Numbered from the stretch's first letter, positions 32,567 to 43,899 are shown. The stretch: DNA of 64,000 bases from Candidatus Bathyarchaeota archaeon (GCA_963714275.1 CAVQNT010000002.1:288001-352000); one strand, 5' to 3'. Notes: generated by a model from the letters alone, not told the origin. Numbers and translations are program-made.

Positions 32567-33237
32567 ATGGTCGAAAACTCGCTTTCAAGAGTAATCCAGC
32601 ACTTAATAGAACAGGACCCGTCCATAGAAGACGCTCTAGAAAGGGGTTATGCCAACTTCAGCGGCATATCTCGAACGCTCAAGCCTAAAGCCGAGGGGCT
32701 CTTGGGAAAAAAAGTTACAATAGAAGGAATGATAACAGCTGTAAAAAGAACGCAGGTAAAATATGTCCCTAGACAAGACTTCCAAAAAATCATCGCTGAA
32801 AGCATCATAAGCCTAAGAACAGACGTAGCCAAGATGTCGCTTGAAAAAACCAGAAAAAACCTTGAAAAAGCAAGGTTAGCCTCAGCGGACTACCCGGAAG
32901 CCTTCTTCCAAGTCCTCGAAGGCACAACAACACTGACACTAATCACTGACCAGCGAATCATTGAGGAAGTCCAAGCTGTCTTCAAGGACGAAGAAAAGCT
33001 GGAAGAAAAACAGAACCTTGCAGCCATAACTGTACAGAGCCCGCATGGCATCGTTGGCACTCCGGGATGCATTGTGGCTTTCTATAATCCGATCGCGAGA
33101 AGTCAGATAAACATCGAGGAAACTGTTACTGCTTCACTGAAACAGCGATCGTTCTAAGAATGGAAGATGCTGCTAGGGCTTTCAGCATCCTCACAGACCT
33201 TATCTCAAGCGCAAGGAAAACAGTAGCCAAAAAATAA
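32567..33237 (+). CDS. ACT-domain protein, probable regulator; frameshift near 33130
   Basis: GYANFSGISR N-terminal motif; TPGC...INIEE ACT motif; divergent from argG. Confidence 0.7.
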
Positions 33238-33262
33238 TTTTTGATTTCTTTTCATTTTTGGT

Positions 33263-34087
33263 CTATATGAATTGCTCTAGAAACTGTTTCGCCTTCTGGA
33301 ACCCAGCCTCCGCGGTGAAGAAGGGGTCTTCGTGTTCTATGCTAAGGACGTAATCATATCCCGTCTCTTTTAACGCCGTCAGATAGGCAGTCCAGTTGAC
33401 GCGTCCCCAACCTGGTATCCTGTATCTCCACCAGCCTTCGCCTAGGACTCCTACTTGCCTAAGCTTATATTCCAGGATTTCGGTGTCCTTTGCGTGAGTG
33501 TGGTGTATTCTGTCTCGGAACCTGTGAACAGCCTCAACGTAGTCGATTTGCTGCCACAACAGGTGGGATGGGTCAAAATTTAGACCCAAAGTCTTGTCAG
33601 GAACCGCGTCTAAGGCAGCCTGAAAATGGTCCAGACCCTGCAGGTTTGTGGCGAACCAGTTTTCCATCGCGATCTTTACGCCCTGTTCTTTTGCCCTGTC
33701 AACCAGCGGATTAAAGACTTTGGGAAAGTCTTCTTTTAAAGTTTGGATTTTGTCTTTGCCTGCAGCTGGTCCTCCTGCTAACGTGCAGGCAACTTTCACG
33801 TCTAGGGCTGCACAGGCATCTATGACCTTCTTTAGAAATCGTTGTTCATCGGGATTTTCGAGGATTCTTATGCTGTAGAAGGCAAGGCTCGTAATTTCCA
33901 AGTTTTTACTAGACAATAGGTTTTTAATTTTTCCTGCGCCGCCGCTTAAGATGCGGTCTACATCAACCTGTTTTGAACCTGGTGAAACGCTTACTTCCAA
34001 ACCCTTAAAACCGTTTGCTGATGCCCAACCTACAAGTTTTTCGAAACTCCAGTTTCCTAAAGGAGCCGTTAATAACCCTACAAACAC
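33263..34087 (-). CDS. Sugar-phosphate isomerase/epimerase (TIM barrel)
   Basis: MEN, NFDPSH, HAKD, IPGWG, SIEHED. Confidence 0.88.
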   Translation of the reverse strand: MFVGLLTAPLGNWSFEKLVGWASANGFKGLEVSVSPGSKQVDVDRILSGGAGKIKNLLSSKNLEITSLAFYSIRILENPDEQRFLKKVIDACAALDVKVACTLAGGPAAGKDKIQTLKEDFPKVFNPLVDRAKEQGVKIAMENWFATNLQGLDHFQAALDAVPDKTLGLNFDPSHLLWQQIDYVEAVHRFRDRIHHTHAKDTEILEYKLRQVGVLGEGWWRYRIPGWGRVNWTAYLTALKETGYDYVLSIEHEDPFFTAEAGFQKAKQFLEQFI

Positions 34088-34369
34088 AGTTCAACACCTC
34101 TACCTAACATGATTGATGTGCATTAAATAAATTTCGAACCCAATACAAAAAATGTATGTAAAGTAACAATATGTTTTTGGTTAATTATGGTTGTAATACG
34201 AGTCTAATGTCATAGAATATTGTTTCTGCGTTGTTTTTTCATAGAAGGGAGTTTGGCGGAGAGTTCAGTAATCTTAAGTAAGCGTTCAGTACAGACGTTT
34301 GGATAACATAGCTTTGAGCCCTCCTACTGATAGATAGCTAGCCTATGACTCATTGTTTCAGTTTGCTCG

Positions 34370-35914
34370 TTATATTTCAATTTTCAAGGCTTCTTGTTCA
34401 ATCTGTTTTGAAAGAATCCTGAAAACGATAGCGGAATAGATTAGAACGGGGACCGCAGAAACAAGTTTCGTTACAATGTCAAAACCTAGAAAAAGACTGA
34501 GTATTGCGTAGATGTATGTTGGGGTGATGAGAAGACCCGATAAAAACATTGCAGCATAATTAATCATTAAGGCAGGAGTTGCTCTTCGTTTCCTTGAAAG
34601 GAAACTCATCATCGTATACAGGTTTGCTGAGGACCCTATGATGGAGGCTGATGCGATCAACACTATGGGCACAATAGGGTCAGCGTGGTTGATGAAGGTG
34701 AGTAGGACAGTTGTTACAGCGGGAACAGCGAAGGCTAAAAGAGTGAAATCGTAGAGTATGGCTTTGGCGACAACTCCGAAACTCAGCCCCGACGTTATGG
34801 GCATCCAAAGGTTGTCCAGTTCAACCATTCTCCAATTGCTTGTTAACATGGCTGGAACTATGAACGAGTAGAAGGCTAGGAGGAATATCCACATGGGAAA
34901 AGTGGTTTCGTTGGGTCTGCTCGCAATATTTATTACCATCAAAACCGCGTAGAACATAAAAACCATGAAGAGACTGCCATCGCGCACTATTCTGACGAAC
35001 TCTTTTTTCATTAGAAAACTTTGAAGCGACTTCGAATCGAGGTTTAAGCTTGTCTGGAACCCAAACCGCGAAAAAAACTGTATGTTCTTTCCAGTTTTGA
35101 TTGTTTGAACCCTCATTGAAGTGTCAAACGGTGAAACGAAAGGAACAGGCTTCGCGAGCTGATAAAGGTTCAGGTTGGAGTAAAAAAGGAAAAACAAGGA
35201 GGAAACGAGAAAATAAGACAGTATACCCAAAACAGTTCCAACATTGGAGATTCTTCCATACAGAGAGTTGAGTATTATTTCCGCCAAAAATGTCGAAGGG
35301 TATGGGAGTTCGCTGTATTTTAGGGGAAAAGGAATCACTAGACTGACGGCAGGAAGCATCAACGATGCCAGAATAATTGTCAGAACGATTCGGACTAGGG
35401 CGTCTTGGCGGTAAGATTCCAGAATAGACAGAGATGTCTTCGTGAAGTAAACGAAAAACAAGAAGAGAACAAAACCTGTAACGATTAATATTGTTGATAG
35501 AACAGACAGCTGAAGAGAAACTATGGTAATGCAAAGACAGACGCCCAGTGGCAGCAAAAATACTGAGAGGGCTGTTAAGTCAGCTAGAAGGCTGACGATG
35601 AGATATGTTCTCGGAGTTATAGGAGACGTGAACAACAGGGTCTGTTCATATTCGTAGGCAACATATCCTCTGTAGGCGGAGAGCAGCAACAAGGCAACGA
35701 CGCTGCTAAGTAATGCGGCAAGGGGATTGAGGAAAGCTGTGATGTCAACTCCGCCTTTCACGACATTGATGACACTCAAAGACACGCCTATGCCCGACGG
35801 CAGCATACCCAAGACATAGACTACAATAAGAAGCAAGCTAGCCCGAGAAGACTTGAGGGCGCCTAAAAAAACCTTGACCTTAAACATGTAAAGGTCGCGT
35901 ACAACGCTCATCAC
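34370..35914 (-). CDS. ABC exporter permease
   Basis: Many transmembrane segments; overlaps the ABC ATPase gene. Confidence 0.75.
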   Translation of the reverse strand: MMSVVRDLYMFKVKVFLGALKSSRASLLLIVVYVLGMLPSGIGVSLSVINVVKGGVDITAFLNPLAALLSSVVALLLLSAYRGYVAYEYEQTLLFTSPITPRTYLIVSLLADLTALSVFLLPLGVCLCITIVSLQLSVLSTILIVTGFVLFLFFVYFTKTSLSILESYRQDALVRIVLTIILASLMLPAVSLVIPFPLKYSELPYPSTFLAEIILNSLYGRISNVGTVLGILSYFLVSSLFFLFYSNLNLYQLAKPVPFVSPFDTSMRVQTIKTGKNIQFFSRFGFQTSLNLDSKSLQSFLMKKEFVRIVRDGSLFMVFMFYAVLMVINIASRPNETTFPMWIFLLAFYSFIVPAMLTSNWRMVELDNLWMPITSGLSFGVVAKAILYDFTLLAFAVPAVTTVLLTFINHADPIVPIVLIASASIIGSSANLYTMMSFLSRKRRATPALMINYAAMFLSGLLITPTYIYAILSLFLGFDIVTKLVSAVPVLIYSAIVFRILSKQIEQEALKIEI

Positions 35915-36732
35915 TTAGTTCTCCTGAACGCGCCGAAGATGCCATGTCTCACCTTTTTTGTTTGTTCTTCCGATTTTTCACTTGACGATGCTGTTCCCGT
36001 TTCTTCGGTGAGTTTCAAGAAAACCTCCTCTAACGTCGCGTTTTCTTCGGTTTCTGAGAGGCTTCGCAGTTGACTTAGGTCTCCGGTTGCCACGTTTCTG
36101 CCTTTGTGAATGATGGCGACGCGGTTGCACATTCTCTCGGCTGTGTCAAGCATGTGGGTTGAAAGAAAAATCGTTTTGTTCTCTTTTATTCTTGCGTTGA
36201 ACAGTTCTTTTATTGTGTGCTGTCCAGTGGGATCTATACCTATCAACGGCTCATCCAGTATGAGAAGGTCCGGGTCATGTATAAGCGCGGATGCCATAGC
36301 TGCCTTTTGCCTCATTCCCCTTGACAACAATAGTACGAGTGATTTTCGTTTTTCTTCCAAATCGAAAATCCGCAGGTACGTGTCGATTCTTTGCCTTATC
36401 AGCTCGTTGGGTATGCTTCGAATCTTGCCCGAATAAATCAGAAGCTCCTCAACAGTCAAGTAGTCAGGCAGCGAAACGGACTCAGGCACGTACCCGATTG
36501 ACCGCTTATATTCGTACGGGCTCTGCGTTGGGTCTAAGCCGTTAACGTTGATTGCGCCCTTATCCATCTTCAAAAGACCAACAATTATTTTTATGCAGGT
36601 CGTTTTTCCTGCGCCGTTCGGTCCGACAAGCCCGAAGATTTCTCCCCTTTTTGCCTCCAAGTCTAGACCGCTCAGTGCCTGAACCTCGTCGTATGCTTTC
36701 CAGACGTCGGTTAACTGTAATATTTCTGACAT
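35911..36732 (-). CDS. ABC transporter ATP-binding protein
   Basis: GPNGAGKTT, LSRGMRQ, ILDEP, STH. Confidence 0.95.
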   Translation of the reverse strand: MSEILQLTDVWKAYDEVQALSGLDLEAKRGEIFGLVGPNGAGKTTCIKIIVGLLKMDKGAINVNGLDPTQSPYEYKRSIGYVPESVSLPDYLTVEELLIYSGKIRSIPNELIRQRIDTYLRIFDLEEKRKSLVLLLSRGMRQKAAMASALIHDPDLLILDEPLIGIDPTGQHTIKELFNARIKENKTIFLSTHMLDTAERMCNRVAIIHKGRNVATGDLSQLRSLSETEENATLEEVFLKLTEETGTASSSEKSEEQTKKVRHGIFGAFRRTK

Positions 36733-36737
36733 ATGCT

Positions 36738-37220
36738 TTACCTTTTGTACCCTATTTTTCTAAGCAGGTTTTTGCGCCACTCAACTTCTTTCTCGTCTTC
36801 GACGCCCTTCGGTTTTTGCCCGTCAATCACGCCTAAGATGCCTTTTCCCTGTTCAGACTCAGCAACAACAACTTCCAGAGGGTTCGCTGTGGCAGCATAA
36901 ATAGTGCACACTTCGGGAACCATTTTTAATGCGTTAAGAACGTTAATTGGGTATGTTCCTTTCAGGAAAATGATGAACGAGTGTCCGCAGCCTAGCCTAA
37001 GCATGTTTTTGGCTGCTGCCTTCTTCAGTTCTTCGTCTGTGCCTTCCATCCTTATGAGTCGTTCGCCGCTGCTTTCGCAGAACGCCACTCCGAACTTGAT
37101 GTTGGGCACAGAGTTGACCATGGCTTCGTAAATGTCTTCGACGGTTTTTATGAAATGGGACATCCCAAGGATGACGTTGCTGTCCTCCGGCGTCTCAATC
37201 CTGACGATACTAATTTCCAA
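36738..37220 (-). CDS. Adenosine-specific kinase family protein
   Basis: SHFIKTVEDIYE, AFCESSG, ATANP, GVIDG. Confidence 0.85.
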   Translation of the reverse strand: MEISIVRIETPEDSNVILGMSHFIKTVEDIYEAMVNSVPNIKFGVAFCESSGERLIRMEGTDEELKKAAAKNMLRLGCGHSFIIFLKGTYPINVLNALKMVPEVCTIYAATANPLEVVVAESEQGKGILGVIDGQKPKGVEDEKEVEWRKNLLRKIGYKR

Positions 37221-37487
37221 CTTTCGTCACTCCTGCTGACAAAGAATGGGGTAACAAATAATTAATCCTATGAATATAACGTATTAACCTTTTTTCCTGC
37301 TGATGTTACGGTTTATGATTGTTGGCAGTACTGCCTTGTCCATGATACCATAATGAATCCTTACAGCTAGACTCGACTTTAAGCACTTATGAATCCAGCG
37401 ACAATGTGTAATTATTCAGTGTTCAAGCTGCGATTATAGGAGCTCTCAGAAGCCTGTAGAGGATATCCTTGAATAAGTAAAATAGTT

Positions 37488-37730
37488 AACGAGACACACA
37501 GAATTGTAAGGATCATTCTTGAACATTTGTTTGTGAAGCCTTTGCGGTGGAGTGAGATTATGGAACTCACCACGAGATCTTCATTTACTTACAGCTAGGT
37601 CCAAACAGTCTTTACTTGGCTCGCTTTAAACGGCTTTATCAATAAAGGCTCAGAACATAAAGACCCATACATGATAATCAACAAAGGAAAAGCCTTCCTT
37701 GAAGTCTTAATACATGCCGAACGTGCTTGA
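37488..37730 (+). pseudogene. Winged-helix gene relic with in-frame TAG
   Basis: RIILEHL..PLRWSEI..FTYS*VQTVFTWL..GFI..PY.I..KGKAFL; stop at 37596. Confidence 0.55.
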
Positions 37731-37954
37731 TGATAACAGCAACCTTCATTCCGTCCTTAGTTAGAGACAAATATCCACAGTCTTTCCAAACCATAGACTT
37801 TTCACCTCCAATTTTTCGTCCCAGTCGAAAAATCCAGTAAGGGACAACACCTCCATATCTTTCAGAGAATTTTGAGCCATTTTTCTGATAGAGTGCATAT
37901 TCGTTGAAGCGATAAATATATATGTGGGCTGGATGGATAATCTAACCTGTCACA

Positions 37955-38491
37955 ATGAATACTGTCAAAATAACGATTATTGTTACATTCTGCGCGCTAT
38001 CAATAGCGACAAACTATGCTTTGATAGGCGTCTCAAACGTTAAACTAATGGACTTGATTGTTTTTGTTGCGGGTTTCCTTTTTGGTACAGTCATCGGATC
38101 TTCAATCGGAATATTCTCTTGGTTGATCTATGGTGTGATAAATCCTTATGGCTTTATCCCTCAAATTTGGCTCACAACAATGATCGCAGAATCCGTGTAT
38201 GGTATAACTGGAGGTGTTCTCAGAAAAGCCCTTGGCTCAACAAACTTAGACAATCAACGATTCAGACTCAGTATTCTGTTTGCAACAATGGGTTTTCTTC
38301 CAACAGTACTGTATGACATGATTACCAACATTGTTTATGCATCTTCTTTCCAGATTCCTCTTGTTGTTGCCATTTTTGCGGGAGCCCCCTTCACGGTGTT
38401 GCATGAAGTTGCTAACGCTGCTATCTTTGGTGTTTGTTCGGTTCCATTAATTACAGTGCTTGGGAAAATTGTTAAGGTGAGTAAGATATGA
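37955..38491 (+). CDS. ECF transporter S component
   Basis: Hydrophobic 178 aa; NVKLMDLIVFVAGFLFG; H near C-terminus. Confidence 0.7.
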   Translation: MNTVKITIIVTFCALSIATNYALIGVSNVKLMDLIVFVAGFLFGTVIGSSIGIFSWLIYGVINPYGFIPQIWLTTMIAESVYGITGGVLRKALGSTNLDNQRFRLSILFATMGFLPTVLYDMITNIVYASSFQIPLVVAIFAGAPFTVLHEVANAAIFGVCSVPLITVLGKIVKVSKI

Positions 38492-38943
38492 AGATTGCAG
38501 AGAACACATGGATTCTTGCAGTATTAGTTATACTCTGCTGGGCTTTAGCAGCTTCATTTATGACAGGGTACTACTATTTTCAGTACACCGACCTCTCGAC
38601 CAAAGTGAAAGAGCGTATAATCTCAACTAATCTTGGCATTAACTACGGCAATGGAACCATTCTTTGGTTCAACGAAACCAAAATCAATGCTGGTTCCACC
38701 ATGCTTGATCTCACCAAGCTTCTTGTTTCAGTAAACTATACAGAAAGTTCGTCAGGTACATCCATCAACGCAATAGAAGGAGTACCCAACTCTTATCCTG
38801 AATATTGGGTGTGGTGGAGCCATTCAAGTTATGGATGGACTTTCGGTCCCGTTGCTTGCGACAAATACGTAGTTGGAGATAACGAAACTGTGCTTTGGTA
38901 TCGGCAGGATATCACCAATTATCCTAACTTATCTCCACCTTAA
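38488..38943 (+). CDS. Membrane-anchored DUF4430/transcobalamin-like domain protein
   Basis: N-terminal TM; SINAIEGV..YWVWW..GPVACDKYVV..VLW. Confidence 0.7.
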   Translation: MKIAENTWILAVLVILCWALAASFMTGYYYFQYTDLSTKVKERIISTNLGINYGNGTILWFNETKINAGSTMLDLTKLLVSVNYTESSSGTSINAIEGVPNSYPEYWVWWSHSSYGWTFGPVACDKYVVGDNETVLWYRQDITNYPNLSPP

Positions 38944-39014
38944 TTAAGGATAACCGCGTGTTGCTGGATTCATAGATGAGCAAAGTTTGGAACATGTAGG
39001 TAAAAAACGTGCCT

Positions 39015-39653
39015 TTAAATTTTAGTTCTTGTTCTTAGGAGTCCAAGAGCCGCGTTTCTTGCTCCAAGTTCTGCATTTATTTTTTCATTTGCACTTCCGA
39101 TTATTATAACGTCGCCCTCCTTTAAGCTCAGTTTCGACAAAGAAGCAAGAATAGATGGATCGCTTTCTAACACATCTTCCTTCATTCCAGGCATAGTCAG
39201 TTTGTTCTCGGCGAAGATTAGAGTAGTGGCTCCCTTTGCGCCTGCCATTATGGCAGCGTCTCTTTGTTCTAAACCATATCTTATGAAATCTTTCATCCCC
39301 ATTACCCGAACTGCAACATTGAAAGCAGCAACTGTCAAAGGTGTAGATTGAATCTCCCTCGGTTCACTTATTAGAGTTCTCAGACGTGAAAGCAGTCTTC
39401 TTCCATCCGAAGATAGTGACATCCCTGAGTTTGAAACATCAATCAGTCCTTCATTCTTGAGATGTCTGACGAGTGTTCTGATCTCGCCTTCTCCCAGGCT
39501 GAGGTCTTTTGAGAGTTTCAACCGACCTACGCTTACTTGGAGACTGATCTCTTCTAAAGCCTTCATAACTTGAGCTTCAGTAAATGAAGGCGAACGTCCA
39601 GGCGCTATTTTCCCTGCAACCTTGTTGACTATTTCAAGGGGATCCATATGCAT
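39015..39653 (-). CDS. DUF4443-type wHTH transcription factor
   Basis: GRLKLSKDLSLGEG; GLEQRDAAIMAGAKGATT. Confidence 0.8.
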   Translation of the reverse strand: MHMDPLEIVNKVAGKIAPGRSPSFTEAQVMKALEEISLQVSVGRLKLSKDLSLGEGEIRTLVRHLKNEGLIDVSNSGMSLSSDGRRLLSRLRTLISEPREIQSTPLTVAAFNVAVRVMGMKDFIRYGLEQRDAAIMAGAKGATTLIFAENKLTMPGMKEDVLESDPSILASLSKLSLKEGDVIIIGSANEKINAELGARNAALGLLRTRTKI

Positions 39654-40447
39654 TCTCCGTGCTTATAGGCTGTCATAAGTCATTATATTACTTGATAAAA
39701 GTGTCTTTTCTTCATTTCCTAATCTGAATTCTTCCATCTTATCTCCACCCCTTTATTAAATATCATAAACATGTTACTTAAATTAGCTGGCTGAACGGTT
39801 CGGGTTGAACTTGTACTTAATACCGATTGGTTTTGAATTTGTTCTTTTCATTCTTTTTATACAAAAAAAGATAAAACAGTTAGAGGAAAGTATAAAACAA
39901 TTAAGGAAAAGTTAAGGCGATTAGAGAATGCCAACTCTTAAACTTTCGTGGTCAGAGTTGAACAATTCTTGGAATCCATGTCTCTCGTTCGCCACGAAGG
40001 TATTTAGCGAACAAAAGAGCTTCCTCGCAAATCAGCGTTTCAAGGGTCTGTTTGTAGCCTACCTTTATTCTCGGAGCCTCGACCTTAATATTGTAGCTAG
40101 GGATTTTCTCTAGGGAGTTTTAGCTCAGGTTATTTCCGCAAAATACCTTTTATTTAAGCCTATTTTACATAGTTAAGTATGGATTATGGTTTAGTTGCCC
40201 TTGGCAGTCGGTGCAGGATTAACCTTTACTAGGAAAAATTCCGTTTAGCCCAGAAACCAACACAAACTAATGACCAAATGATTTGAGCCCACAGAACAAA
40301 CATGGCAAAATATAGTTTATCTTTTCATAATCTTTAGTGTTGTCACACAAACGGAAAACTCAGTTGTTACACAAATCAGACCAGATGAATCCATTAAGAC
40401 CAATGAACAAGCATGAAGAACATTATTGGAATGGAAAATATTGCTTG

Positions 40448-41506
40448 TTAATTGCTTGTTTCTTTGGCTTGTTGTTGTTCGCCGATGATGGTTTTGGCGT
40501 TCCTCCACTGATCATGAAGGATGTCGATTGTGCCTGGAAGCCCAGCGTGAACTGAATAGAAAATGTAGCAAAGATACGCGCATTTCGTGCATTGGTTGTA
40601 TTCTTTCCTGAGTCTGCGGAGATCAGCGTTTTTCCAGACTTTCGGCAGGACAAATATTGAAGCCACGGGTTCCCTACTGTGGCATCCCGCGACTCTCCCC
40701 AAGTGGTCAACTATGAGGAAGCCATCAAGTGCCCTGCATGTCCACGTCCGTTCGTTAGATAAAGCGAGCTGCCTCAAAGCCTTCAGAGTTTTCTTCGTGA
40801 TATAAACGCAGTCGTTCTTTTCCCTTAACTCCAGTAGCTGGTCGAAAACTTTGACAAGCGCCTCTTTGTCCCGAATCTCGTACTCGTCGTTCTTCTTTCC
40901 TATGCTGAACATCCCGTCCTTGAACGGGTAATCGTACCAGTAAAGGCAGAACCAAACAGGCGTGTCACGTTCAATGAAATATTTGGTGTAATCAACAATC
41001 TCGTAAAGGTTAAACTGAGAAATAGTAGGCGAAACCCCAACATGAATACCCTTTTCCTTCAAGGTCTCAATAGAGTTCATCGCGTTTTTATATGCGCCCG
41101 GGACTCCTTTCAAATAATCATTTTTTTGTTCGTCCAGCGAATCCAACGAAATGGCGACGAAGTCAACATTCCGTAGCGTGTCAACTTTTTTTGCTGCCAT
41201 GCTGCCGTTGTCGTAAACTGTTGTGATAAATTTTTTTGAGGCGTAATCCAAAATTTCGCCAATGTCGTCTCTCAGCAAGGGGTCGCCACCTGAAAACACG
41301 ATTTCTAAAACGCCCAGTTGACTGAGTATGTCCAAGCCCCTTTTTATTTCGTCCGTCGAAAGCTCCGTGGAATCTTGTTCAGCCCACACGCTGCATCCCC
41401 TGCAACGGTAATTGCACCTCCGAGTCACCATCCACTGTGCATGGTAGGTTTTAGGCGACTTGAAGGAACGCTTTATCAAGCCAAAGGTTTTTGACCGATG
41501 GGGCAT
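40448..41506 (-). CDS. Radical SAM protein with C-terminal Cys cluster
   Basis: CNYRCRGC, FSGGDPLLR, ISLD; CRA..GC..CTKCAYLC. Confidence 0.88.
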   Translation of the reverse strand: MPHRSKTFGLIKRSFKSPKTYHAQWMVTRRCNYRCRGCSVWAEQDSTELSTDEIKRGLDILSQLGVLEIVFSGGDPLLRDDIGEILDYASKKFITTVYDNGSMAAKKVDTLRNVDFVAISLDSLDEQKNDYLKGVPGAYKNAMNSIETLKEKGIHVGVSPTISQFNLYEIVDYTKYFIERDTPVWFCLYWYDYPFKDGMFSIGKKNDEYEIRDKEALVKVFDQLLELREKNDCVYITKKTLKALRQLALSNERTWTCRALDGFLIVDHLGRVAGCHSREPVASIFVLPKVWKNADLRRLRKEYNQCTKCAYLCYIFYSVHAGLPGTIDILHDQWRNAKTIIGEQQQAKETSN

Positions 41507-41572
41507 TTTTGAAGCTCCGACAGCTACGAAATACGCTTTAGAGTTCTGATAAACCTTACCATTTTTCGTCTT

Positions 41573-42283
41573 TTATCTTACGGGGACCCAAACCTTTGAC
41601 ACGGTTCTTCGGAACAGCAAGTAAGACACGTAGTCAACAGTCCACATTCCAAGAACGTTGCGAAACCCAGATTTCCGAATCCGTCTCATAGACTCATACA
41701 CGCACAGGTCAGCAATGAACCTGAAATCTCCTAGTTTCGAAACCCGCAACGCAAGGTCATGGTCCTCGATGCAGGGCAACTTCTCGTCAAACCCGCCCAC
41801 TCTCATAAAAGCGTCTTTCCTTACCGCCAAAAACTCTCCTCTGGAATGAGGCTTAATTCTCGTTAAAAATTGTAAAAGCCGATTATAGAATTTGAAGAAA
41901 GCAAATTCTGAAATTCTGGGATTCATGGGCATGATGTTGCAAGTGGCGCCCACAACTCGATGGTCCTTAAAGGTTCTCACCGTTTTCTCCACAAAATCCG
42001 AGGGAGGAGTAACGTCTGTGTCGAGAAAAATGATTATTTCGCCTTTTGATTCGTGAGCACCAAAGTTTTTTGCCTTCGCTATTCCGCGCTGGTTGACCAC
42101 GTAAACTTTGTCCGTGAACTGTTCTGCAACTTTCACAGTGTCATCTCTGCTTCCACCATCAACGATGATGGTTTCAAAGTTTGGTCCAGCCTTCGAAAGC
42201 TTGGATAGTAAGCCGCCTATGTACCGTTCTTCGTGGAAAGTCGGAATCACGACTGAAACCTTAACTGGCTGAGCTTCTCGCAT
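41573..42283 (-). CDS. Family 2 glycosyltransferase
   Basis: VVIPT, VDGGSRD, FLDTD, GGFDE..EDHD. Confidence 0.9.
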   Translation of the reverse strand: MREAQPVKVSVVIPTFHEERYIGGLLSKLSKAGPNFETIIVDGGSRDDTVKVAEQFTDKVYVVNQRGIAKAKNFGAHESKGEIIIFLDTDVTPPSDFVEKTVRTFKDHRVVGATCNIMPMNPRISEFAFFKFYNRLLQFLTRIKPHSRGEFLAVRKDAFMRVGGFDEKLPCIEDHDLALRVSKLGDFRFIADLCVYESMRRIRKSGFRNVLGMWTVDYVSYLLFRRTVSKVWVPVR

Positions 42284-42541
42284 GGCAAATCTACTTTTCT
42301 AAGGCGTCAGGTTTCAACAGCCTTACGTGTTTGTAGATTATGAAAGAAGTTTATCTGTTTTTTGACAGAAAACAGGCAGTGCCCCTTCACTATTTTTTGG
42401 CGTTCAGCAATAGTCAAGTAAAATTTCTTCCATGCAAGAAAAAAATCTAAAAAAAAGGGGCGAATAACTAATTTTTCACACATTTTTTATCATAAGAACA
42501 GAGGCTAAGGTGATGTGAAGCATTTAGTCTTCTATTATTTA

Positions 42542-42866
42542 TTACTCTTCCCGTCTTTCAACTACGATTTTGCATCGTGTAACCATAGCTGCAATGACGC
42601 CTAGAACTGCCATCCAAGGTACTAGCAACGCACCTATGACGCCAACCGTTACTGGGATTTCAAGCAAGGTTTCGTCCTTTTCGTTCTTGAGAATTATTTT
42701 TGTGATGTTACCTTCATGGATCAGCTCTTTCACCTTTTTGACAAGATCGTCCGAGGAAACTGTGTAGACTTCGCTGGTTGTCTTCTTGGTTGACACGCCG
42801 CAGAATGAACAATAGTTCATGCCTTCAGTCTATCTCTTTTCCACAATTTCGACAAAACATATTCAT
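42542..42866 (-). CDS. Zn-ribbon + DUF4342 protein; frameshift near 42825
   Basis: FCRNCG / YCSFCG; VKELIHEGN..LLEIPVTVG. Confidence 0.75.
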
Positions 42867-43152
42867 TATACTCTCCTAATGACCGTATATGCATCTTTAA
42901 AAAATGACCGATATAAACATATATATCAACCAGCATAACTACTGCCGATGATTTATAAGCTAGCTGACTAATTTTAGCAAGAAATACTAGAAAGAAGAGT
43001 TCCCACATAACGCGCGCGCACTCCTTTTCTCAGACAAGCGAATCGTTTTTCAAGTCAATGCGACATTAAATGTATACTGCTGCTTGATTTGGTCGCAATA
43101 CCTAGATTGCAATACATACCCTACAAGCGGATTTGAGAAGGCAAGAAAGCAG

Positions 43153-43899
43153 GTGGCAAAAGCGAAGCGGAAAAAAGGCTATAAACGTGGCTATCCAGTA
43201 GCGCTTCTTGTAGGTTTCGAGGATAACCACGCAGTTCTGTGGCAAGTATTCAGTCAAACAGTAAAACTGCACTTAACAGTGGAGTGAACATAAGCAAACC
43301 AGACGAGCTGTCTAAATATACGTTTCATGAATCTATCGTCAACGCGTTAAGACCGCTGCTTAAGGAGGGAGTAAGAGCCGTCGTAATCGCGGCTCCAAGA
43401 AACACCACCTACGCAGCAGATTTTCTCGACCACGTACAAAGACACCACATGTACCTAACTAAATCGAAGGTCCAGAACAAAACAGTTTTCGGTGAAATAG
43501 TTGGCTCAGCAAGTCAGCACCATACGGTGGTCGAACTGTTAAAAACCGAGGAATTTCGCAGTCTAGTCGCGGAGACAACCTTAGGAGAAGCTGATCACCT
43601 CGTCAACACGTTGGAGAAACATCTCTACAACATCGACAACGACTCGGTTGTTCTATATTCACTTAAAGAAATCGAAGATATGATCTACGGCCGGGAGAAG
43701 CCAACCGGTTCCGAGAGCTGAATATCTGATACTTACAGACAAGTATCTTACCGGTGCCGGCGACAAGAAGAGAATCCAAAGGTTACTGCAGATTTCAAAG
43801 AACAAAAAAGTAATGACGAGAATAGTCAACGCGGAAACGTCAGCAGGCAAGCGAATCAGTCAATTCGGAGGCATGGTTTTCCTAAACGTAGTCAGCTAG
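43153..43899 (+). CDS. Pelota/eRF1 domain 2-3-like protein; two frameshifts
   Basis: ALLVGFED..FHESI..VVIAAP..EYLILTD..IVNAETSAGKRISQFGGMV. Confidence 0.6.

Noticed and set aside
37740-37954. Cobalamin riboswitch upstream of the ECF gene
   Set aside because: No B12-box or convincing structure recognised.
40200-40225. Reverse tRNA-end fragment (TGGCAGTCGGTGCAGGATT), and similar at 7727
   Set aside because: Too short and degenerate to distinguish from chance.
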